This document shows, piece after piece, positions 58,368 through 64,000 of a stretch of 64,000 bases of DNA. The stretch is from Clostridia bacterium (GTDB lineage Bacteria; Bacillota; Clostridia; Monoglobales; Monoglobaceae), in assembly GCA_045615805.1 (NCBI GenBank), contig JAZLFN010000020.1, positions 8,712-72,711 on the forward strand, given 5' to 3'. Each line of letters begins with the position of its first letter. Position 1 is the stretch's first letter. Position numbers and translations under genes: made by a program. The notes under the pieces are model-generated. The model searched no databases. It worked only from the letters and a program-made list of their open reading frames with translations, and was not told the origin of the DNA.

Positions 58368-59645
58368 TTGGTGGAAATATTGTTAAGCATTGCTGTTGCC
58401 CTTCTGGCAGGACTTTTGATGTCCAGAGCAGTAAAACCTTTCGGGCTTCCTGCTGTTACCGGATATTTGATTGCAGGACTTTTGATTGGACCTTATTGTT
58501 TGGGTAAGCTTGGAATAGAAGGAATAGGTTTTGTATCTATGGATTATGTCAACAGATTGGGAGTTATATCCGATGTTGCACTTGGATTTATAGCTTTTTC
58601 AATTGGAAATGAATTTCGTTTATCACAATTGAAAAAGACAGGTAAACAGGCGACCGTTATTGCAATTGTGCAGGCATTGTGTGCAACATTGTTGGTAGAC
58701 ATTGCACTTTGCGTTTTAAGTGCAATTCTTGGACAAGAGAGATTTCCGTATAGTGCCGCAATTACTTTGGGAGCTGTGGCGACTGCAACTGCTCCGGCGG
58801 CAACACTTATGGTTGTAAGGCAGTATAAAGCAAAAGGACCGTTGACAGATTTGTTACTTCCCATTGTTGCTTTGGATGATGCAGTTGGATTAGTTATTTT
58901 TGCAGTTTCCTTCGGCATTGCAAAAGCTATTGTCGGAGGATCAATAGATTTCATATCCATAATTGTAAATCCCGTAATCGAAATTATTACTTCACTTACA
59001 CTCGGTGTTGTTGTGGGATATGTTTATTCTGAATTTGAAAAGCTTTTTCATTCACGAAGCAAACGACTTTCGGTATCTGTTATGTTTGTAATATTGACAG
59101 TTGCGATTTCAATGCTTAAGTTTAACGCAGGACCTGTAACCGTCGGATTTTCTCCTCTGCTTTCTTGCATGATGCTCGGAACTGTATTTTGTAATATTTG
59201 TGAATCATCGGAAGAGCTTATGGATAGAGTTGACAGATGGACAACGCCGCTATTTATATTGTTTTTTGTAATAAGCGGTTCGGAACTTGAATTGTCCGTG
59301 TTTGCCGATGTTGCTATAATCGGTGTAGGCGTTATATACATTTTGTTTCGTTCAATTGGTAAGTATTTCGGCTCTATGGGAAGTGCAAAACTTACCGGTT
59401 GCAGCGATACCATTTCAAAGTATTTGGGAATTACGCTTCTTCCTCAAGCAGGAGTTGCCCTTGGAATGTCTGTTACAGCAATGCAGCTTGGAACGACGGA
59501 AGGAACTATTGTCAGAAATATAATTCTTTTTTCTGTTTTAATTTATGAATTGATAGGACCGTTACTTACAAAGATTGCATTAACAAAAGCCGGCGAAATA
59601 ATCCCCGGGGGAAGAAAATCGTCCAAGGTACTTAATAAAGAATGA
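58368..59645 (+). CDS. Cation:proton antiporter (Na_H_Exchanger/CPA2-type), no RCK domain
   Basis: About 12 TM helices. N-terminus LAGLLMSRAVKPFGLPAVTGYLIAGLLIGP. Start at TTG 58368 or GTG 58371. Confidence 0.85.
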   Translation: MVEILLSIAVALLAGLLMSRAVKPFGLPAVTGYLIAGLLIGPYCLGKLGIEGIGFVSMDYVNRLGVISDVALGFIAFSIGNEFRLSQLKKTGKQATVIAIVQALCATLLVDIALCVLSAILGQERFPYSAAITLGAVATATAPAATLMVVRQYKAKGPLTDLLLPIVALDDAVGLVIFAVSFGIAKAIVGGSIDFISIIVNPVIEIITSLTLGVVVGYVYSEFEKLFHSRSKRLSVSVMFVILTVAISMLKFNAGPVTVGFSPLLSCMMLGTVFCNICESSEELMDRVDRWTTPLFILFFVISGSELELSVFADVAIIGVGVIYILFRSIGKYFGSMGSAKLTGCSDTISKYLGITLLPQAGVALGMSVTAMQLGTTEGTIVRNIILFSVLIYELIGPLLTKIALTKAGEIIPGGRKSSKVLNKE

Positions 59646-59655
59646 AAATAATACT

Positions 59656-59686
59656 AAAAAACACTTGCGTTTTGCAAGTGTTTTTT
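59656..59686. terminator. Bidirectional Rho-independent terminator (antiporter gene and tRNA operon)
   Basis: AAAAAACACTTGC-GTTTT-GCAAGTGTTTTTT. Confidence 0.9.
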
Positions 59687-59689
59687 AGT

Positions 59690-59781
59690 TGGAGGAGAGG
59701 AAGGGATTCGAACCCTCGGTACGCTATTAACGTACACAGCATTTCCAATGCTGCGCCTTAAGCCATCTCGACCACCTCTCC
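59690..59781 (-). tRNA. tRNA-Ser (anticodon GGA), class II with long variable arm, encoded CCA
   Basis: Reverse complement is GGAGAGGTGGTCGAGATGGCTTAAGGCGCAGCATTGGAAATGCTG...GAGGGTTCGAATCCCTTCCTCTCCTCCA. Cloverleaf folded by hand; anticodon loop TTGGAAA. Confidence 0.9.
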
Positions 59782-59795
59782 GTGTATGGCTAATT

Positions 59796-59872
59796 TGGTC
59801 GGGGCGACAGGATTTGAACCTGCGGCCCCTTGGTCCCAAACCAAGTGCGCTACCAAACTGCGCCACGCCCCG
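59796..59872 (-). tRNA. tRNA-Pro (anticodon UGG), encoded CCA
   Basis: Reverse complement is CGGGGCGTGGCGCAGTTTGGTAGCGCACTTGGTTTGGGACCAAGGGGCCGCAGGTTCAAATCCTGTCGCCCCGACCA. Anticodon loop TTTGGGA. Confidence 0.93.
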
Positions 59873-59883
59873 AAACAATCAAT

Positions 59884-59912
59884 ATTATATACTTTTTTGA
59901 CTCATATGTCAA
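59884..59912 (-). promoter_or_regulatory. Consensus sigmaA promoter of the tRNA-Pro/tRNA-Ser unit
   Basis: On the - strand: TTGACA, 17-nt spacer, TATAAT, ending about 11 nt before the tRNA-Pro 5' end. Confidence 0.8.
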
Positions 59913-59986
59913 GACATATTTTCCACAAAATTCGTTTTTTAAAAAATTTAATATTGATGTAACAGGTAAGACTTGACTTTTTGATT

Positions 59987-61438
59987 TTATAAGAATTTTT
60001 TTCTCCAGATGCTCGGAACGAACAATAGCAAAATCGGAAATATCTCAAGCCTTCCCAACAGCATATCAAATGTTAAAACAATTTTAGAAAAAATTGTAAG
60101 AGAACTGAAATTTTCAACGGGACCAAGTATTCCAAATCCGGGTCCGACATTGTTTAAGCATGTAATAACAGATGATATGGTTTCGTCTACGGCTAAATTA
60201 TTAAACGCAATTAAAAACAGGGAAATAACAAGCAATATAACATAAAGTGTGAAATATCCGTATGTTACCTTTACGGTTTCGTTGTCTACGATTTTTCCGT
60301 CAATTTTAATGTTTGTAATTGACTTTGGATGAACAACGCCTTTTAAAGTGTTATATCCGGCTTTTGCAAGTATCATAACTCGAGAAAGCTTTAAACCTCC
60401 GCCCGTTGAACCTGCACACGCACCTATGCACATAAGAAGCAAAATAATAATTTTTGCAAATCCGCCCCATAAATTAAAGTTTGTAGTACAAAAACCTGTG
60501 GTACTGATTAGCGAAGCAGTCTGGAACGCAGATGTTCTTATTGTATCGCTTATTGTTGGATACATAGTGTAGGTGGAAAAAGCAAAAAGTGCGGTTGCAC
60601 ATACAACTATTCCCAGAAAAACTTTCCACTCGCTGTTTTTTGTGACAGAAGTAAATCTGCCTATAATCAGGAAATAGAATAGATTAAAGTTTATGGAGAA
60701 GAGGAGCATAAACACGGTGATTACCCACTCTATATAAGGGCTTCCGTATGCAGCAATACTTGCATTTCTGCAACTGAAGCCACCGGTTCCCGCTGTTGAA
60801 AATGTATGAATTATGCTGTCGTATACAGGCATACCTCCGCATACCAAGAAAATAAATTCAAGGACACAAAGACCAAAATATATGCCGTAGAGTATTTTCG
60901 CATTGCTCATACCTCTGGGGACGAGCTTTGAAACTGCCGGCCCGGGAACCTCTGCACGCATAAGATGGAGAGAGTTCTTGTCTGAAATGGAAATAAACGC
61001 CATAGCAAAAACCAAAACGCCCATTCCGCCAATCCAATGAGTAAACGACCTCCAAAAAAGCATACTCTTTGACATAGCTTCTATATTTGTTAAAATTGAA
61101 GCACCTGTTGTTGTGAATCCGGAAACCGTTTCAAAAACCGCATCAATATAATTGGGTATTTCTCGGCTTATAAAGAAAGGCAGAGCTCCGACAAGGGACC
61201 AAGCAACCCATACAAGACCGATTATCATAAGACCTTCCTTGGCGTAAAGCTCGTCGTTTTTGGGCTTTAAATAAGAAAGAGCAACCCCGATTACAGCTGA
61301 TATTGCCGCGGATATTAAAAAGGCAACGGCTGAACTGTATTCTTTATATATAAACGATACAAGAACAGGAAGAAGAAGCAACACGGCTTCTATAACTAAA
61401 AATTTTCCCAATATAGAAAAAACAATTCTTTTTTTCAT
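59987..61438 (-). CDS. trkH: TrkH/KtrB family potassium uptake membrane protein
   Basis: 483 aa, polytopic. Selectivity-filter-like segments TTTGAS, TAGTGGFS, STTGF and GSTGGG. Confidence 0.9.
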   Translation of the reverse strand: MKKRIVFSILGKFLVIEAVLLLLPVLVSFIYKEYSSAVAFLISAAISAVIGVALSYLKPKNDELYAKEGLMIIGLVWVAWSLVGALPFFISREIPNYIDAVFETVSGFTTTGASILTNIEAMSKSMLFWRSFTHWIGGMGVLVFAMAFISISDKNSLHLMRAEVPGPAVSKLVPRGMSNAKILYGIYFGLCVLEFIFLVCGGMPVYDSIIHTFSTAGTGGFSCRNASIAAYGSPYIEWVITVFMLLFSINFNLFYFLIIGRFTSVTKNSEWKVFLGIVVCATALFAFSTYTMYPTISDTIRTSAFQTASLISTTGFCTTNFNLWGGFAKIIILLLMCIGACAGSTGGGLKLSRVMILAKAGYNTLKGVVHPKSITNIKIDGKIVDNETVKVTYGYFTLYVILLVISLFLIAFNNLAVDETISSVITCLNNVGPGFGILGPVENFSSLTIFSKIVLTFDMLLGRLEIFPILLLFVPSIWRKKFL

Positions 61439-61455
61439 AAATGCATTAACCTCTT

Positions 61456-62814
61456 TTAGATGAATATTTCGCGAAATTCGTGTAATTTTTTCTCTGTGGT
61501 GATGACAATAACCCTGTCATCTTTTTGGATTGCATCAGCTCCGCCGGGAATGATGGTTTGTGAGCCTCGAATAATGCTTGCAATCAGGACATCTTTTTTT
61601 GTAGAAAGCTCTCTGAGCGGTTTTCCCGTGTAAAAATCATCTTCTCTTACAATAAATTCAAGTGCCTCAACCTTTTCATTGACTATTTTATATATGGTTT
61701 CAATATTGTTGCTGTTTTCAGAATTTTTTCTTGCACGAACATATCCGAGTATGTTGTTTGCGGCAAGAAGCTTTGGTGAAATCACGCTGTCAAGACCGAT
61801 GTGGTTTGAAAGTGATATATAAGTTCCCCTCGTTACTTTTGTAATAATTTTTGAAACATTTTTTGTCTGAGCGTACATTGACATAATAACGTTTTCTTCG
61901 TCCATTCCGGTAAGAGCAACAAAAGCATCAACGCTTTCGATTCCTTCTTCTTTTAAGGTAAGATGGTCTGTGCCATCGCCGTTGACGATTGTGACATCGG
62001 ATAAAAGCTCGTTTAATTCAAGACAACGCTTGTAATCTTTTTCTATTATTTTTACCGACATACCTATATTTGAAAGCTGGGATGCAAGATAGTAGCCGAT
62101 TACGCCTCCGCCAACAATTATTATTGACTTTATTTTCTCTTTTCTGCTACCGGATTTTTTGAAGAATTCTTCGGCATTTTTTGGGGTGCATATAACACTT
62201 AATCTATCGCCTGCCAAAGGAACAAAGCTTCCGTCGGGAATGATAATCTCACCGTTTCTTTCTGCGGCACATATGAGTGTTTTAAACTTAAATTTATTGT
62301 ATGACTCGGCAAGAGAAATACCTACAAAGGGGTTTGCCTCACCTATTTTAAATTCGATAACTTCAACCTTGCCATTCTCAAAAACTTCAACCTGAGCTGC
62401 GTCCGGAAGAAGAAGAATACGAGTAATTTCGGTCGCCGTTTCGTATTCGGGATTGACCGTCATATTTATTCCAAGCTCGTTTTTCATATAATCAAGTTGT
62501 TTATAGTATCCCGGAGTTCTCACACGGGCAATACAATGCTTTGCACCTAATTTTTTTGCAAGAAGACAGCAAAGCATATTAACCTCATCTGTTTCCGTTG
62601 CGGCAATAACTATATCGGCATTTTTTACGCCGGCTTCCTGTTGCACCTCTAAAAGTGTGCCGTTGCCTTGAATACACATAAGGTCCTGATTGTTGTAAAG
62701 AGTATTTATGGTAGCTGGGTCATTGTCGATTACAATTATATCGTGTTCTTCAGATGCGAGCTGGTCGGCAATCTTTTTGCCAACCTTACCTGCTCCGATA
62801 ATTATTATTTTCAT
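61456..62814 (-). CDS. trkA: TrkA potassium uptake protein (tandem RCK/NAD-binding domains)
   Basis: Two Rossmann motifs, IIIIGAGKVGKK and IIIVGGGVIGYYLA. Start moved to the ATG at 62814 (MKIIIIGAG). Confidence 0.92.
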   Translation of the reverse strand: MKIIIIGAGKVGKKIADQLASEEHDIIVIDNDPATINTLYNNQDLMCIQGNGTLLEVQQEAGVKNADIVIAATETDEVNMLCCLLAKKLGAKHCIARVRTPGYYKQLDYMKNELGINMTVNPEYETATEITRILLLPDAAQVEVFENGKVEVIEFKIGEANPFVGISLAESYNKFKFKTLICAAERNGEIIIPDGSFVPLAGDRLSVICTPKNAEEFFKKSGSRKEKIKSIIIVGGGVIGYYLASQLSNIGMSVKIIEKDYKRCLELNELLSDVTIVNGDGTDHLTLKEEGIESVDAFVALTGMDEENVIMSMYAQTKNVSKIITKVTRGTYISLSNHIGLDSVISPKLLAANNILGYVRARKNSENSNNIETIYKIVNEKVEALEFIVREDDFYTGKPLRELSTKKDVLIASIIRGSQTIIPGGADAIQKDDRVIVITTEKKLHEFREIFI

Positions 62815-62860
62815 AGTGGTCAAATCTCCTAATTTATAGAATTCAGTAACATAATATGAT

Positions 62861-62888
62861 ATTATATCACAGTTTATTTTTTTTTCAA
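62861..62888 (-). promoter_or_regulatory. Candidate sigmaA promoter with extended -10 for trkA-trkH
   Basis: On the - strand: TTGAAA, 16-nt spacer, TGaTATAAT. Confidence 0.55.
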
Positions 62889-63070
62889 GTCTTTTGTTAT
62901 TTCTATGATATATTTTGTGCAAGTTGACAAAATTCATTTAGCCCTTAATTTTATCTTGATTTTTAAGTTTTTTTGTAATAAAATAAAGTATAAATAAGGT
63001 TTTCGTGTTTTGTCTGCCCCGCCGATAAAACCGTAATATATTATGCGGGAAGAAAGGTTATGACGATTTA

Positions 63071-64000
63071 ATGAATTCAAATGTAAGACCAGATTCTATG
63101 GAAAGAATCACAACAAAAGAGCTTGCCGAGGCTTTTATAGACGAACAGGTAAGTATAATTAAAAATCAAGTTGGAAATAAAAAGGTTCTCCTTGCATTGT
63201 CGGGAGGCGTTGATTCATCTGTTGTTGCGGCGTTACTTATAAAGGCTATAGGCAAACAGCTTGTTTGTGTACATGTAAATCATGGACTTTTGAGAAAAGG
63301 CGAGCCCGAACAGGTTGTAGAAGTTTTCAGAAATCAAATGGATGCAAATCTTGTTTATGTTGATGCTGTTGACAGATTTTTGGATAAGCTTAAAGATGTG
63401 GAAGAGCCAGAAGAAAAGCGTAAGATAATAGGTGGTGAATTTATCCGCGTATTTGAAGAAGAAGCAAGAAAACAAGAAGGTATAGAATTTCTTGCACAAG
63501 GTACGATTTATCCCGATATTTTGGAAAGTGATGGTGTAAAGGCTCATCATAATGCAGGCGGTCTTCCCGAAGATTTGAAATTTGAGCTTGTAGAGCCGGT
63601 TAAGCTTTTATTTAAGGATGAGGTTCGCATTGTCGGTAAAACCCTCGGTTTGCCCGATGAGATGGTTTACCGTCAGCCTTTCCCGGGTCCGGGACTTGGA
63701 GTCAGATGCACAGGCACTATAACCCGTGACAGGCTTGAAGCAGTAAGAGAATCAGACGCAATTTTAAGAGAAGAATTTGCAAATTGCGGACTTTCGGATA
63801 AAGTGTGGCAGTATTTTACCGTTGTTCCCGATGTAAAGTCAACTGGAGTGCGTGACGGAAAACGCCTTTGGGATTGGCCGGTGGTCATCCGCGCGGTCAA
63901 TACAGTAGATGCTATGAGTGCAACCGTTCCCGAAGTTCCGTATGAGGTTTTGAAAAAAATAACCGACAGAATTTTAAGCGAGGTAAAGGGTGTAAACCGT
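63071..64000 (+). CDS. guaA: GMP synthase ATP-pyrophosphatase/dimerisation part only (GuaA C-terminal type), 3' end cut by window edge
   Basis: Translated by hand: PP-loop LALSGGVDSSV, then VHVNHGLLRKGE, HHNAGGLPE and QPFPGPGLGVR. In-frame TAA at 63026-63028, so no glutamine amidotransferase domain lies upstream. Not in the ORF track because the frame stays open to the window end. Confidence 0.88.
   Translation, partial: MNSNVRPDSMERITTKELAEAFIDEQVSIIKNQVGNKKVLLALSGGVDSSVVAALLIKAIGKQLVCVHVNHGLLRKGEPEQVVEVFRNQMDANLVYVDAVDRFLDKLKDVEEPEEKRKIIGGEFIRVFEEEARKQEGIEFLAQGTIYPDILESDGVKAHHNAGGLPEDLKFELVEPVKLLFKDEVRIVGKTLGLPDEMVYRQPFPGPGLGVRCTGTITRDRLEAVRESDAILREEFANCGLSDKVWQYFTVVPDVKSTGVRDGKRLWDWPVVIRAVNTVDAMSATVPEVPYEVLKKITDRILSEVKGVNR

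Noticed and set aside
59690-59781. tRNA-Ser appears to have U rather than G at the discriminator position (…CCTCTCC-T-CCA)
   Set aside because: This depends on my hand-drawn cloverleaf. All stems are otherwise regular, and discriminator identity varies among bacterial tRNA-Ser. Not strong enough to report as an anomaly without tRNAscan-SE.
62815-62888. c-di-AMP (ydaO-type) riboswitch upstream of trkA
   Set aside because: The predicted leader between the -10 element and the ATG is only about 45 nt. That is far too short for this riboswitch, and no conserved motifs are seen.
1-64000. Prophage, transposon, integrase, restriction-modification, toxin-antitoxin or other known defence-system signatures
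   Set aside because: I read all ORFs of 60 aa or more and recognised no recombinase, transposase, phage structural, Cas, RM or abortive-infection hallmark motifs. The window is essentially core chromosome.

Overview
AT-rich (about 40% G+C by eye) chromosomal core segment of a Firmicutes/Clostridia-type anaerobe. Gene content and order point to Oscillospirales/Ruminococcaceae, but I cannot name the species. The window is densely packed with about 60 protein genes, mostly housekeeping. In order they are: miaA (5' cut by the window edge); the distal cell-division block yggS-sepF-ylmH-divIVA; lspA-rluD; an L,D-transpeptidase; a pyrimidine operon pyrB-C-F-K-D-E with a radC-like gene coupled to its end; trxA; cysS-mrnC; split transketolase; ylxM-ffh-rpsP-KH-rimM-trmD; nadD-yqeK-LCP-rsfS-leuS; apgM-like; proA; an AraC-controlled cytoplasmic glycoside-hydrolase cluster (GH38, ROK, SIS, GH2, Fsa/Tal, GH32); cca; a polar amino-acid ABC transporter; a membrane PP2C phosphatase plus STAS protein; a cation/proton antiporter; tRNA-Pro and tRNA-Ser; trkH-trkA; and a stand-alone GMP-synthase ATP-pyrophosphatase gene running off the 3' edge. 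I saw no rRNA, CRISPR array, transposase, integrase, prophage genes or recognisable defence system. The most interesting items are: (1) a NifU-like / GGGtGRT-motif / Cys1-less PurF-like three-gene module of unassigned function (39.8-43.0 kb); (2) a 61% G+C cluster of overlapping hairpins with a heptamer repeat, just downstream of that module; (3) a 35-bp direct duplication of the miaA 3' end flanking a structured 100-bp insert; (4) a small AT-rich operon encoding a lipoprotein, a CGNR-like zinc-finger protein and an orphan GHKL/histidine-kinase-like ATPase; (5) the odd enzyme mix of the mannoside cluster. All product calls rest on motif recognition by eye, not on database searches. Several ORF-track starts were moved to downstream ATG/TTG codons with better RBS context.
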